Of a stretch of 64,000 nucleotides of DNA, positions 17,934-28,549 are shown one piece after another. The notes beneath the pieces are model-generated. The model was not told the origin of the DNA. It saw only the letters and a program-made list of their open reading frames with translations, and made no database searches. This stretch comes from Desulfobacterales bacterium (lineage in GTDB: Bacteria > Desulfobacterota > Desulfobacteria > Desulfobacterales > UBA2174), in NCBI GenBank assembly GCA_963668645.2, contig CAXXWC010000021.1:192001-256000 (forward strand), in the 5' to 3' direction. A program made the position numbers and the translations under genes. Position 1 is the stretch's first letter. Each line of letters starts with the position of its first letter.

Positions 17934-18996
17934 CAAAGATGTGCAGCCGGTTGAGGTTCATGCCCATGGGCAGACGCGTGCCGGATCGAACGATGCGGCT
18001 GCCCTCGCTGCGGGCGATGAACTTGACTCCGCTAAAATCAATGTGCAGGTGGGTTTCCCCGCCCAGCGGTTCAACCACCTCCACCACTCCATCGGCGATC
18101 CAGTCCTTGGGCAGATTGCCGTTGGCCGGACTCATATCCTCGGTACGCAAGCCGGCGACCACCGGCTGTCCGGCCCGAACGTCGGTTCCCTGGCGGGGCG
18201 GAATCGGCAAGCGGAATTGTGCGTTGAATTCAAGCCACAGACCGCTGTCGCCGCCTTTGACGGTCGCCGGCACCAGGTTCATGGGCGGACTGCCGATGAA
18301 ACCGGCTACGAAGGTATTGTTAGGCCTTTCGAATACCTCCAGCGGGGTGCCGACCTGCTCTATGCGCCCGTCCCGCAGCACCACGATACGGTCGGCAAGG
18401 GTCATGGCCTCGATCTGGTCGTGGGTCACGTAAATGATGGTGGTGTTGACTTTCTGGTGCAGGCGCTTGATCTCGGTACGCATCTGGGTGCGCAGTTTGG
18501 CGTCGAGATTGGACAACGGCTCGTCGAAAAGAAAGACCGAGGGGTTGCGCACAATGGCCCGGCCCATGGCCACGCGCTGGCGCTGGCCGCCGGAAAGTTC
18601 GTGGGGCTTGCGCTTCAAAAGATCCTCCAGACCGAGGATGCGCGCCGCCTCGCCGACCCGCCGTTCGATCTCGGCGGGTGGGGTACGCCGCAGGCTCAGT
18701 CCGAAAGACATGTTCTTGTAAACGTTCATGTGTGGATAGAGGGCATAGTTTTGAAAAACCATGGCGCATCCTCTATCTTTGGGTGCCAGGTCGTTGACCA
18801 CCCGGTCGTCGATGCGCACCGTCCCCTGGCTGATCTCTTCCAGTCCGGCGACCATGCGCAACAGGGTCGATTTACCGCAGCCTGAAGGGCCGACCAGCAC
18901 GACGAATTCCCGGTCCTGGATGTCCAGGCTGACCCCGTGGATCACTTCGCTTTTACCAAAACGCTTGAAGACCTTTTCGAATATCACATTGGCCAT
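17905..18996 (-). CDS. ugpC: sn-glycerol-3-phosphate ABC transporter ATP-binding protein
   Basis: GPSGCGKS, MVFQNYALYPHM, LSGGQRQRVAMGR, FDEPLSNLDAKLR; divergent from ugpBAE. Confidence 0.9.
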   Translation of the reverse strand: MANVIFEKVFKRFGKSEVIHGVSLDIQDREFVVLVGPSGCGKSTLLRMVAGLEEISQGTVRIDDRVVNDLAPKDRGCAMVFQNYALYPHMNVYKNMSFGLSLRRTPPAEIERRVGEAARILGLEDLLKRKPHELSGGQRQRVAMGRAIVRNPSVFLFDEPLSNLDAKLRTQMRTEIKRLHQKVNTTIIYVTHDQIEAMTLADRIVVLRDGRIEQVGTPLEVFERPNNTFVAGFIGSPPMNLVPATVKGGDSGLWLEFNAQFRLPIPPRQGTDVRAGQPVVAGLRTEDMSPANGNLPKDWIADGVVEVVEPLGGETHLHIDFSGVKFIARSEGSRIVRSGTRLPMGMNLNRLHIFDAESRQAIY

Positions 18997-19147
18997 CGGC
19001 AGCTCCTTGGGGAATAAAACGCATCCTTGTCGGTTGCTTCTGCCTTACTGCAATCGACCGGCCCTTTCAAGGCCGAAAAGGAATCCCGGCGTCATCCGGC
19101 GGATAAGATTGCCGGGCTTGTCCCGTTTTTCGTTTCCACCCATTATT

Positions 19148-19161
19148 TTTCAAAATCGAAC
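19148..19161. promoter_or_regulatory. Candidate GlpR operator between ugpC and ugpB
   Basis: TTTC-AAAATC-GAAC, a near match to the GTTC-N6-GAAC core. Confidence 0.35.
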
Positions 19162-19429
19162 CGGCAGCTCATCCCAACTTAACATTTTGGATATAGATGG
19201 AATCCGTTTCCAGGAGACCTGGATTCGGTTGCCGCTCCCCCCCTGCGGTCCAGGGATCGGCTTTTCTTAAATGAATCTACCCCTTGACGCGGCCCTGAGA
19301 ACCCATTACGAGAATGTTGTGGATGCCCTGACCGAAATCCTGTTGTCGTCTACCCTGTTCCAAGGAGAAAAACCTCCAATTTCAACCCTCAAACGGCTAA
19401 AAAATCGATTAATCCAAGGAGGTGTGAAG

Positions 19430-20755
19430 ATGAGGATGCGCAGAGTCTATCTGGTCGGAGTGGCCTTGTTAGCTGCCATTTTCCTTACGGGTCAGGCATG
19501 GGCCAAGCCCATCGAAATCCAGTGGTGGCACGCCATGCGCAGCGCCCGCGGCGAAGTGGTCAAGAGCATGGTGGAAAAATTCAACCAATCCCAGGACAAG
19601 TACAAGGTCATCGAGGTCAACAAAGGCAACTACGACGAAACGGTCAACGCCGGAATCGCCGCCATCAGGGCCAAAAAACACCCGCACATCCTGCAGTCTT
19701 TCGAGGTCGGCACCCAGACCATGATGCTCTCGGGGGCCATCTACCCGGTCTACCAGTTGATGAAAGATTTCGGCTACAAGGTTGACTGGAGCGACTACCT
19801 GCAGCCGGTGCTCTCTTACTACATGGACGCCGACGGCAACCTGATGTCCATGCCCTTCAACTCCTCGACGCCGATCATCTACTACAACGTGGAGCTGTTC
19901 GAGAAGGCCGGCCTGCCGCCGCTGCCCAGGGACAAGCCGGTCACCTGGGACGAGATGGGCGAGATGCTCGCCAAGATCGTCGCCAGCGGGGTCCCGGGTG
20001 GCATGGTCGCCGCCTGGCAGTCCTGGACCCAGATCGAGAACTACAGCGCCATGCACAACATCCCCTTCGCTTCACGCGCCAACGGCTACAAGGGGCTCGA
20101 CTGCGAGCTGCTGATCAACAACGACAAGGTGATCAGCCACATCACGCGCCTTAAAAAATGGCTCGGCGACAAGCGCTTCATGTACGGCGGCCAGAAGTAC
20201 CAGGGCCCCAAGGCCGAGTTCCTGGCCCAGAACGCGGCCGTCTACTTCGACTCGATCAGCGGCATCGCCAAGATCCAGAAGGCCGCCACCTTCAAGTGGG
20301 ACGCGGCTCCGATGCCGGTGGAAGCCTGGATGACCAACCCCCAGAACAGCATCATCGGCGGCGCCTCCAACTGGGTGCTCAAGGGGCACAAGAAAGAGGA
20401 ATACGCAGGTGTGGCGGCCTTCCTCGAATTTCTGGCCACCCCGGAGATGCAGGAATTCTGGCACATGCAGACCGGCTACTTCCCCATCACCAAAAGTGCC
20501 TATCGCAGCCTCAAGGCCAAGGGCTACTATGATAAGTACCCCTACCAGGAAGTCGGCATCAAGCAGATGACCCGCCGCGATCCGACCGAAATCTCCCGCG
20601 GCCTGCGCCTGGGCTACTTCATCCAGATCCGCAACATCATCAACGAGGAGCTGGAACTGGTCTGGAACGGCACCAAGACCCCCAAAGAGGCCATGGACAG
20701 CGCCGTCAAACGAGGCAACGAGCAGCTGCGCCAGTTCGAAAAGATCTACAAGTAA
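19430..20755 (+). CDS. ugpB: sn-glycerol-3-phosphate ABC transporter substrate-binding protein
   Basis: AAGGAGGT RBS; IQWWHAM, QSFEVGT, SMPFNSSTP, QNSIIGGAS, WHMQTGYFP and GLRLG motifs. Confidence 0.92.
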   Translation: MRMRRVYLVGVALLAAIFLTGQAWAKPIEIQWWHAMRSARGEVVKSMVEKFNQSQDKYKVIEVNKGNYDETVNAGIAAIRAKKHPHILQSFEVGTQTMMLSGAIYPVYQLMKDFGYKVDWSDYLQPVLSYYMDADGNLMSMPFNSSTPIIYYNVELFEKAGLPPLPRDKPVTWDEMGEMLAKIVASGVPGGMVAAWQSWTQIENYSAMHNIPFASRANGYKGLDCELLINNDKVISHITRLKKWLGDKRFMYGGQKYQGPKAEFLAQNAAVYFDSISGIAKIQKAATFKWDAAPMPVEAWMTNPQNSIIGGASNWVLKGHKKEEYAGVAAFLEFLATPEMQEFWHMQTGYFPITKSAYRSLKAKGYYDKYPYQEVGIKQMTRRDPTEISRGLRLGYFIQIRNIINEELELVWNGTKTPKEAMDSAVKRGNEQLRQFEKIYK

Positions 20756-20826
20756 CTATTTTGCCAACAGCATCACAGAGGGCGCGACCGCGGTGCGGCC
20801 GTGCCCTCTGCCCGTGACGGCCGGCC

Positions 20827-21717
20827 ATGTACAAACGATCGATCTTCTCCAACCGCGCCCTTCCCTATCTGTTGATCACCCCCCAGGTGCTGATCACGCT
20901 GACTTTTTTCTACTGGCCGGCCCTCCAGGGGCTGATCCAGTCGGTGATGCGCTCGGACCCCTTCGGGCTGCACAACAGCTTCATCTGGTTCGAAAACTTC
21001 ACCAACCTGTTCCGGGACCCGCTCTATCTCAAGTCGGTGGCCACCACCCTGTGCTTTAGCGCTGCAGTGGCGGCCGTCTCCATCAGCCTGGGGCTTTTCA
21101 TCGCCGCCATGGCCAACCGTGTCTTCCATTTCAAGGAGTTGATCCGCACCCTGCTGGTCTGGCCCTATGCCGTGGCCCCGGCCATCTCGGGGATCCTGTG
21201 GCTCTTTTTGCTCCACCCCTCTTACGGGATCGTGGCCCTGGCGATCAAACGGTGGTTCGGCACCGATTGGAACCCAGTCCTGGAGGGCAGCGACGCCCTG
21301 ATCATGGTGATCATGGCCTCGGCCTGGAAACAGATCAGCTACAACTTCGTCTTTTTCATGGCCGGGCTGCAAGCCGTGCCCCACTCGTTGATCGAGGCCG
21401 CTGCCATGGACGGCGCCGGCCCCTTCCGCCGTTTCTGGAACATCACGCTGCCGATGCTTTCACCAACCTTGTTCTTCGTCACGGTAATGAACCTCATCTA
21501 CTCGTTTTTCGAGACCTTCGGGGTGATCCACACCGTGACCCAGGGCGGCCCCGGCGGAGCCACCAACATCCTGGTCTACAAGGTCTACCAGGACGGCTTT
21601 ATCGGTTTGAACCTCGGTTCGTCCTCGGCCCAGTCTATCGTGCTGATGAGCCTGATCATCCTGATCACGCTGCTCCAATTCAAGTATGTGGAACGCAAAG
21701 TGCACTACACGGTGTAA
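20827..21717 (+). CDS. ugpA: sn-glycerol-3-phosphate ABC transporter permease
   Basis: AWKQISYNF, EAA loop EAAAMDGA, LGSSSAQS. Confidence 0.92.
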   Translation: MYKRSIFSNRALPYLLITPQVLITLTFFYWPALQGLIQSVMRSDPFGLHNSFIWFENFTNLFRDPLYLKSVATTLCFSAAVAAVSISLGLFIAAMANRVFHFKELIRTLLVWPYAVAPAISGILWLFLLHPSYGIVALAIKRWFGTDWNPVLEGSDALIMVIMASAWKQISYNFVFFMAGLQAVPHSLIEAAAMDGAGPFRRFWNITLPMLSPTLFFVTVMNLIYSFFETFGVIHTVTQGGPGGATNILVYKVYQDGFIGLNLGSSSAQSIVLMSLIILITLLQFKYVERKVHYTV

Positions 21718-21724
21718 TTGACCC

Positions 21725-22645
21725 ATGGTTGAAAAGACTCCCATCCTGGACGCATTGACCTACCTGCTATTGATAACCGGCATCGCCGTGGTCGGTTTCC
21801 CCATCGTCTACGCGATCATCGCCGCCACCCTGCCCATCGAACAGGTCTCCCAGGTGCCGATGCCGCTGACCCCGGGAGACCAGTTCTGGGTCAATATCCA
21901 GGCGGCCTGGGCAAAGGGGAACCTGGGCACCAACCTGGTCAACTCCCTGGTGATGGCCCTGGGGATCACCTTCGGCAAGATCATCGTGTCGCTCTTCGGG
22001 GCCTTTTCCATCGTCTATTTCAACTACCGGCTGCGCACGGTGGCCTTCGTTTCGGTTTTCTGCACGCTGATGCTCCCCGTAGAGGTGCGCATCATGCCGA
22101 CCTACGAAATGGCCGCCAACCTTTTCGGCCCGCTGGAGTTGCTCTGGAACGCCCTGGGCCTCGACCGGCTGGCCGCGGCCCTCACCGGCCATGCGGTCAC
22201 ACTGCACATCGAGTGGAGCCTGCTCGACAGTTACACCGGCCTGATCATGCCGCTGGTGGCCTCGGCCACCTGCACCTTTCTTTTCCGCCAGTTCTTTCTG
22301 ACCGTTCCCGAAGAGCTCTGCGAGGCGGCCAAGATGGACGGGGCCTCGGCCATGACCTTTTTCTGGCGCATCCTGCTGCCGCTGTCCAAGACCAACATCG
22401 CGGCCTTGGTGGTCATCGAGTTCGTCTACGGATGGAACCAGTACCTGTGGCCGCTTCTGATCACCACCGACCCGGACATGATGACGGCGGTAATCGGATT
22501 GCAGAACCTGATCCCCCAGGCCGACGACCTGCCGTTCTGGAACGTGGCCATGGCCGGCACCCTGATCGTGATGCTGCCGCCGGTGCTCGTGGTTCTTTTT
22601 ATGCAGCGATGGTTTGTTAAGGGATTGGTGGAACGGGAGAAATAA
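21725..22645 (+). CDS. ugpE: sn-glycerol-3-phosphate ABC transporter permease
   Basis: TLMLPVEVRI, SATCTFLFRQFF, EAAKMDGA, YGWNQYLWP, QRWFVKGLV. Confidence 0.92.
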   Translation: MVEKTPILDALTYLLLITGIAVVGFPIVYAIIAATLPIEQVSQVPMPLTPGDQFWVNIQAAWAKGNLGTNLVNSLVMALGITFGKIIVSLFGAFSIVYFNYRLRTVAFVSVFCTLMLPVEVRIMPTYEMAANLFGPLELLWNALGLDRLAAALTGHAVTLHIEWSLLDSYTGLIMPLVASATCTFLFRQFFLTVPEELCEAAKMDGASAMTFFWRILLPLSKTNIAALVVIEFVYGWNQYLWPLLITTDPDMMTAVIGLQNLIPQADDLPFWNVAMAGTLIVMLPPVLVVLFMQRWFVKGLVEREK

Positions 22646-22736
22646 TCGTTTTTAAAAAATTCAGTTTAACATTTTGAGCGTCGTGCCTGATCGTTTTACG
22701 CTCTAGCTGTTGCCGTTTGCGCCCCCCACAACAGCC

Positions 22737-23537
22737 CTATCCGATCCTTTCCTCCAGCAGCCGATCGACCATTTCGGCGAACCCGAAACCGCCCTCTGCC
22801 CGCGTGATCCAGGATGGCAGCGCTGCCATCCGATCAGCAAAACGGCGGACGTTGGCCACGCCGACGCCCTGGGGAAAAAAAGCGAACATGGGCGCGTCGT
22901 TGGGCGAGTCGCCGGCAAAGACCACCTGCTCGCGCATTCCATCCAGGTCGGCCGCGAACACTTCCGTAAAAAGCATCCGGGTCATGCTCAGCTTGTCATA
23001 GTCGCCGAACCAGCCATTGACGTGGATCGAGCTGAGCTTTGCACGCGCCCCGGCTTGGTTGAAGCAGGCCATGATGCGCTCGACGGCCTCATCCGGCAGG
23101 GGGGGAACATCCTCGCAACAATCGATGGCCAGGTCCGCCACGCGAAAGGCCTGGTCCGAGGCCACCGCGCAGCCGGGCACTTCGGCCAGGACCCGGTCGC
23201 GGATGGCATCCAGGCGGATCCGATCCTCGCGCCGCTGGGCCTCGGATCTCGCATAACGCCTGATTATTTTCCGTTTGGCAGGATCGTATCGGTAGTAGAA
23301 AGCCCCGTTTTCCCCCACCACCGCTTCCACCGGCCACATGCGCGCGATATGATCGCACCATCCGGCCGGCCGGCCCGTGATCGGAATGACGCTGATACCG
23401 CACCGCGAAAGCCGTTCCATGGCCTCCAGGGCGACCGCCGGCAGGCGTCCGCCGATCGTCAGCGTGTCGTCGATATCGCAAAGCACATGGGTGATGGCCA
23501 TGCGCTGCTGCCGGGGCCATTGATCGATGGGTTGCAA
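22737..23537 (-). CDS. HAD-IIB family hydrolase/phosphatase
   Basis: DIDDTLT (motif I), ITGRPAGW, ENGA, GDSPND. Confidence 0.85.
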   Translation of the reverse strand: MQPIDQWPRQQRMAITHVLCDIDDTLTIGGRLPAVALEAMERLSRCGISVIPITGRPAGWCDHIARMWPVEAVVGENGAFYYRYDPAKRKIIRRYARSEAQRREDRIRLDAIRDRVLAEVPGCAVASDQAFRVADLAIDCCEDVPPLPDEAVERIMACFNQAGARAKLSSIHVNGWFGDYDKLSMTRMLFTEVFAADLDGMREQVVFAGDSPNDAPMFAFFPQGVGVANVRRFADRMAALPSWITRAEGGFGFAEMVDRLLEERIG

Positions 23538-23602
23538 GGGGTAAACCTCTTTTCAGGCTCTGATCTGTCCAAACGGCCCAACGCGGGCCTCCGCCGTATC
23601 GA

Positions 23603-24907
23603 TCATTGACCACCGGCGTCTTTTGAAAGTGAATCTGCCAGCGCGTTGACGGCTGCCCAGGCACTGACCACCGCCAGTCCCGATCCGCACTTGTCCCGGG
23701 CCCAGTCCTGGCCGGCCAAAATCACGCCGGCCGCCGCCAAACGGGGATGAATCGGCTTGCCGTGCGCACCAAGGGGCCGGAAATGCCCGTCGGTGTTCAG
23801 CCCGCAGCGATTGACCGGATGCCCCGCAGGATCAAAAAAGCGTTTGCGGTGCCACTGGCGCCGGTCATCGGGTTGAATCACCGGAATATCGAGCAGCGTT
23901 TCCCGGATCCTGCTGCGATCGGACGCCAGCCCCCCGCCCAGAAAACGGCCCGTGGCCAGCACCAGACTCCGGGCCCTCAGGACCCGTGCGGCGCCGGTGG
24001 CCGGGTCAACCCGGAGCCGGAACCCCTCGTCCGCCATTTCGATCCGACCGATCCGGCCGGGTACGGCACGGTCGACCCCGTCCAGGCGCAGCCTTTCCTG
24101 CAACGCCTCGCGCAGGCGCAGGCCCGGCACGGAAGGCGGCAGGGTCGGGATCTCGAATACAGGCCTTGCGATCCGTTCGGCCAAATCCCGCCACCACCGT
24201 CCCTGCGGTTCGCGGCCCAGGACGGCCGGCAGGCCCACCAGGTCCGCATCGCCCGCCACCCGGCAAAGATCTTCGGTCAGTTTTCGGCGCACCTCTTGGC
24301 GCACCATGGCCATGGCCATGGTCTCGGGGGCCCGGTCCGCACCGCTGCGCCCGTCTGGAAAAGGCAGGCAAACCGGTCTCAGGCCGGGCCAGGACCGGGC
24401 CGCCACGAACGCGATCTGTTGGGCGGAAAATTCGCGCAGGCCTTCGAAGCCCACCACCAGGGCTTTTTTTCCTTCGGCCCGGGCCGCGACCCCCGGCCAC
24501 ATGGTCTCGGGCACGGCATAGGTCGGTTTGAGGGTTCCGGCGGCGGTCAGCACCAGCAGATTGCGCCCGGCTTCGCTGCAATAGGTCAGGCCACAGTTTT
24601 TTAAATGACCGATCCAGGCCGCTACGGCCGCCTGGATCGTTTTTACCGAAACGCGTGCATAGGGATGTTCCGGGCACTCGCGCCGCAGGGCCTCGATCCC
24701 CTCCCAGGGATCGGCCAGAAAGCACTCTGCACCGCTTGGATGGACGCCCAGCAGATCGAAGAGCCCGCTGGCAAAATAGCTCTGGCCCGTATCGCCGCAG
24801 ATAATCGTCGACAGTCCCCGGCCTGCGGCGAAGGCGGCCGCCGCGCTGCCGGCCAGACCGGCGCCGGCCACAGCCAGATCATAGATCGGCTCCGGTCCCG
24901 AGTTCAT
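23603..24907 (-). CDS. glpB: Anaerobic glycerol-3-phosphate dehydrogenase subunit B
   Basis: GAGLAG, FEIPTLPPSVPGLRL, LATGRFLGGGL, CGSGLA; ATGA overlap with glpA. Confidence 0.9.
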   Translation of the reverse strand: MNSGPEPIYDLAVAGAGLAGSAAAAFAAGRGLSTIICGDTGQSYFASGLFDLLGVHPSGAECFLADPWEGIEALRRECPEHPYARVSVKTIQAAVAAWIGHLKNCGLTYCSEAGRNLLVLTAAGTLKPTYAVPETMWPGVAARAEGKKALVVGFEGLREFSAQQIAFVAARSWPGLRPVCLPFPDGRSGADRAPETMAMAMVRQEVRRKLTEDLCRVAGDADLVGLPAVLGREPQGRWWRDLAERIARPVFEIPTLPPSVPGLRLREALQERLRLDGVDRAVPGRIGRIEMADEGFRLRVDPATGAARVLRARSLVLATGRFLGGGLASDRSRIRETLLDIPVIQPDDRRQWHRKRFFDPAGHPVNRCGLNTDGHFRPLGAHGKPIHPRLAAAGVILAGQDWARDKCGSGLAVVSAWAAVNALADSLSKDAGGQ

Positions 24908-26493
24908 GGCATCCTCCACGGATCGGCGGCCGTGGCCCCGCGGCACTCGAGCCCGAGAAGGCCGCAGTAAAGGGCCTCGCTCAGTTCGGCCTGGGCCAAC
25001 TGGCCGCCCCACAGCACCGGCCGCTGGCCTTTCCAACGTTCTTCGAAAAACCGTTGCAGCTGGTCGATCCCCGCCGCCCCCGGCATCAGGCCGCGTTCGT
25101 AAAGATAGGCCAGCAGGCGCAGGCTGCAAAAAGCGCCCTGGCAGGCCCCCTTGCCGATGCGTGTCCGCACCGAAAGGGCATGCACATCCGGGCAAAGCCC
25201 CCTGGCCTCGAGCTGTTCCAAGACCTCGTCGACCATTCGACGCGAGACCATCTCGCATTCGCACAAGAGCTGATCGTCCGGCCGGTGCTCGTGAAGCCAG
25301 GTCCGGGAGCTGCGGCCCGGCTCTGACCAGGCTGTCTGGGGTGGATCCGGCAGGGGTTGGCGGCCGGTCTGCGACGGGGTTCGGACACCCATTCGCCGGC
25401 AGACCAGATCGGCCGTTTCCCGGGCCATGATGCGAAAGGTGGTCAACTTGCCGCTGGTGATCGTGGTCAGGTTGGCCACGCCGTCGTTGGCGTGATCGAT
25501 GAGTACGAAGCCGCGGCTGATCTGCCGGTCGTCTTGTCCGCGTTGGCCAAGTTCGACCAGCGGCCGCACCCCGGCATAGGCCCGGATAAAACGCGCCCCG
25601 GCCAGGCCGGGCACCATCAGGCTGCCCTGGGCCACGATGCGTTCGGTTTCGGCGACAGTGGGTTCGATCCGAGAAAGGTCGTCGATGGGCACCGAGGTGG
25701 TGCCCAGAATCGATACCGTCCCGCCCGGGACCAGAATATCACTGTCTGCCGGGGGCCTTAACCGGTTGATCACCATCTGGGTCATACGGCTGTGGGTGAC
25801 CACCAGGGTCCCCTTGGAATAGCGCATGGCCAGGTGCACCCCCGCTGTGGCCGCCACCTGCCCGGCCCATGCACCGGCGGCGTTGACCACCTCATCGGCA
25901 TGCACCGTGATGGTTTCGTTCCGTTTGAGATCCTGAAGGGTCACGGTCCGGATGCGCCCGCCGCTGCAAGTCATCTCGCAGACCCGATGGTGGCGCAGGA
26001 TCCGCGCCCCGAGGTGTACGGCATGGTCCAGGTGCTGGATCACCAGGCGGAAAGGGTCTACACTGGCATCCGGTACCCGGAAGGCGGCGATGGTCTGCGG
26101 TGAAAGCGCCGGTTCCAGCTCCCGGGCTTCTGCCGGTGGGATGGAGCTTACCGGGATTTCACAGCGCCGGCACAAGTCTTCGAACCGGCAGATATAATCT
26201 TCATCGTCACCGGCCACAGCCACGAAAAGCCCCCCGGTATCCTCGATGCATTGGGGCATGAGACGTTTGAGGCGCATTGATTCTTCGTAGCATTCCCTGG
26301 CGGTGTGCGGATCGTTGGACACGTAGCGGCAACCGCTGTGCAGCAGACCGTGGTTGGCTCCTGAAGCCCCGGCATTGATGTCGGCCTGTTCCACCACGAG
26401 GCTCGCCACCCCGCGAAGCGCCAGGTCGCGGGCCACGCCGGCGCCGGTGGCTCCTGCGCCGATGATCAGAACCGGTGTGTGAAATGTTTTCAT
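24904..26493 (-). CDS. glpA: Anaerobic glycerol-3-phosphate dehydrogenase subunit A
   Basis: GAGATGAG, ANHGLLHSG, AGVRPL, SGKLTTFR and BFD-like CECE...GKGACQGAFC. Confidence 0.92.
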   Translation of the reverse strand: MKTFHTPVLIIGAGATGAGVARDLALRGVASLVVEQADINAGASGANHGLLHSGCRYVSNDPHTARECYEESMRLKRLMPQCIEDTGGLFVAVAGDDEDYICRFEDLCRRCEIPVSSIPPAEARELEPALSPQTIAAFRVPDASVDPFRLVIQHLDHAVHLGARILRHHRVCEMTCSGGRIRTVTLQDLKRNETITVHADEVVNAAGAWAGQVAATAGVHLAMRYSKGTLVVTHSRMTQMVINRLRPPADSDILVPGGTVSILGTTSVPIDDLSRIEPTVAETERIVAQGSLMVPGLAGARFIRAYAGVRPLVELGQRGQDDRQISRGFVLIDHANDGVANLTTITSGKLTTFRIMARETADLVCRRMGVRTPSQTGRQPLPDPPQTAWSEPGRSSRTWLHEHRPDDQLLCECEMVSRRMVDEVLEQLEARGLCPDVHALSVRTRIGKGACQGAFCSLRLLAYLYERGLMPGAAGIDQLQRFFEERWKGQRPVLWGGQLAQAELSEALYCGLLGLECRGATAADPWRMP

Positions 26494-26566
26494 ATGTCCG
26501 ATATACGCAAAATGCGCGCGGATTACAACAAATGTTTTCACTTTCGGTCAACTTGAGCCGACCATT

Positions 26567-26580
26567 GTTCAATTTTGAAC
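26567..26580. promoter_or_regulatory. Candidate GlpR operator in the glpA/glpR divergent region
   Basis: GTTC-AATTTT-GAAC, same spacing as the E. coli GlpR consensus core. Confidence 0.5.
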
Positions 26581-26772
26581 TTTCCCGAAAATTTATTTGT
26601 ACCGTTTCAGAGGGAATGTTAAGAGTTCAAATCTTGAAATGAACGCTGTTTGCGTTTTCGTCGGAAGCCGGCAGTCGCGCCAGAGGCCGGTGGATGGCCG
26701 GAATCGCAAAATCGATGGAAGGATATGCGGCCGTGGTCTTTATCGGACCACGGACGCCGGGAGCTTGACAGC

Positions 26773-27561
26773 ATGCCCTTAACGCTGCAAAAGCAGGAAA
26801 AGACATCCCCCCGTCAAAAGCAGATCGTCACCTTGGTCCAGGGTCAGGGGTTTGTCTCCATCGACTGGCTGGCCCGCCACCTGGACGTCACCCCCCAAAC
26901 CATCCGCCGCGACATCAAGCATCTGGCCGCCGTCGGAATGCTGCGCCGCCATCACGGGGGGGTGGATCTGCCCATGAGCGCCGAAAACCACCCCTACACC
27001 GCCCGCCAGGTGCTTTGCCTCAACGAAAAGCGACGCATCGCGGCTGTCCTGGCCCGCCAAATCCCGGACAAGGCCTCCTGTTTGATCGGAATCGGCACCA
27101 CCAACGAGGAAGTCGCCAAACAGCTGGTGGACCGCCGCGGACTTCGGGTGATCACCAACAACTTTAACGTGGCCGCCATCCTTGCCAACAACGAGACTTT
27201 CGAAGTGCTCATCGCCGGCGGCCGCATCCGCAACCGGGACCGCTGCACCACCGGGCCGGCAACGGTGGACTTCATCAATCAGTTCAAGGCCGATTTCGGG
27301 ATCCTGGGCGTCGGTGGCATCGATGCCGAAGGGACCTTGCTCGATTTCGACTACCAGGATGTGCGGGTGGCCCAGGCCGTCATCGCCAACTCGCGCAGCG
27401 TCTTTCTGGCGGCCGACCACTCCAAGTTCGGCCGCAACGCCATGGTTCGCCTGGCACCGCTGAGCGCTGTGGATGCGCTTTTCACCGACCGCCCCCCTTC
27501 CCGGCCCCTTCAGCAGTTGATGAGTGAACATCGGGTCCAACTGCACGTGGCCGGCCCCTGA
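26773..27561 (+). CDS. glpR: DeoR-family glycerol-3-phosphate regulon repressor
   Basis: VTPQTIRRDI HTH, RHHGG, IGTTNEEVA, LLDFDYQDVRV, ADHSKFGRNA; divergent from glpA. Confidence 0.9.
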   Translation: MPLTLQKQEKTSPRQKQIVTLVQGQGFVSIDWLARHLDVTPQTIRRDIKHLAAVGMLRRHHGGVDLPMSAENHPYTARQVLCLNEKRRIAAVLARQIPDKASCLIGIGTTNEEVAKQLVDRRGLRVITNNFNVAAILANNETFEVLIAGGRIRNRDRCTTGPATVDFINQFKADFGILGVGGIDAEGTLLDFDYQDVRVAQAVIANSRSVFLAADHSKFGRNAMVRLAPLSAVDALFTDRPPSRPLQQLMSEHRVQLHVAGP

Positions 27562-27596
27562 GGGGCCACAGCAGGCGATGCCCTCTCGGGGGAAAC

Positions 27597-28469
27597 CTAC
27601 TCGCGGCCGACGAAAAAGGGACGAAAGTCCTTTTCCTCGCGTTTCAGGGCCTGGTCCAGAACCCTGATCATCCACGCCCGATCGTCCGGCAGGCGGCCGG
27701 CCACGTCGATGTAATTGGTGTAATGATCGCTGGCGATACGGGTCGGAACGTCCAAAAGGGAAATCAGGGACCGGGTTTCGCGGATCACGCCGTGGGGCCC
27801 GAGCATGGTAAAATTGCTGTTTATGACCGCATCCAGCATGGGCGTGCCCACCTTGGGCACGAAGGTTCTCAGACGGACAAAGTCCGGCCCGATGCGGTTG
27901 ATCGCCTCTGCGGTCAGCCGCGCGTGATCCCGGCTTGCCTCGATCCCGCCCAGCCCGAGAACCACGTAAAGGCTCAACTCGATCCCGGCCCGGCGCACCC
28001 ATCGGCCGGCCTCGATCTGTTCTGCGGCGCAGGTGCCCTTGCAAACAGCACTAAGGACCCGGTCATCGCCCGATTCCAGCCCCACATGGATCCTGGTGAG
28101 GCCGGCTTCGGCCAAACGCCTCAGGTCCGAAGCCCCCTTGCGGTGAATGTACTGGGACGATCCGTACACCGTGATGCGCCCCAACTCGGGAAAGATGTCG
28201 TGGGCCGCCCGGCACACGGCGGCCAGGCGTTCCGTGCGCATGGCGATGGTGTTGCCGGCCGGCAAAAAGAGGTTTCGCACCGGCACGCCACGGGATCGGG
28301 CCTCGTGCAGATCGGCGACGATCTCGTCCACCGGCCGCTCGCGGTAGCGCGGGCCGTTTTTATAGACCATGCAAAAAGTGCAGCGGTTCCACGGGCAGCC
28401 GATGGTGGCCTGGACCAGCAGACTCTCGGCTTCACTGGGCGGGCGATAGATGGGACCTTCGTAGCGCAT
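27597..28469 (-). CDS. Radical SAM protein
   Basis: YRPPSEA...GCPWNRCTFC (CxxxCxxC) and GLESG. Confidence 0.88.
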   Translation of the reverse strand: MRYEGPIYRPPSEAESLLVQATIGCPWNRCTFCMVYKNGPRYRERPVDEIVADLHEARSRGVPVRNLFLPAGNTIAMRTERLAAVCRAAHDIFPELGRITVYGSSQYIHRKGASDLRRLAEAGLTRIHVGLESGDDRVLSAVCKGTCAAEQIEAGRWVRRAGIELSLYVVLGLGGIEASRDHARLTAEAINRIGPDFVRLRTFVPKVGTPMLDAVINSNFTMLGPHGVIRETRSLISLLDVPTRIASDHYTNYIDVAGRLPDDRAWMIRVLDQALKREEKDFRPFFVGRE

Positions 28470-28549
28470 GAGGGTTCCGGTTTCAGGCCTCTTTTGCTAT
28501 TCTTGCCGGATCGGCGAGCCTTTCAGACCTTTTAGGGGATTTGAGCGCC

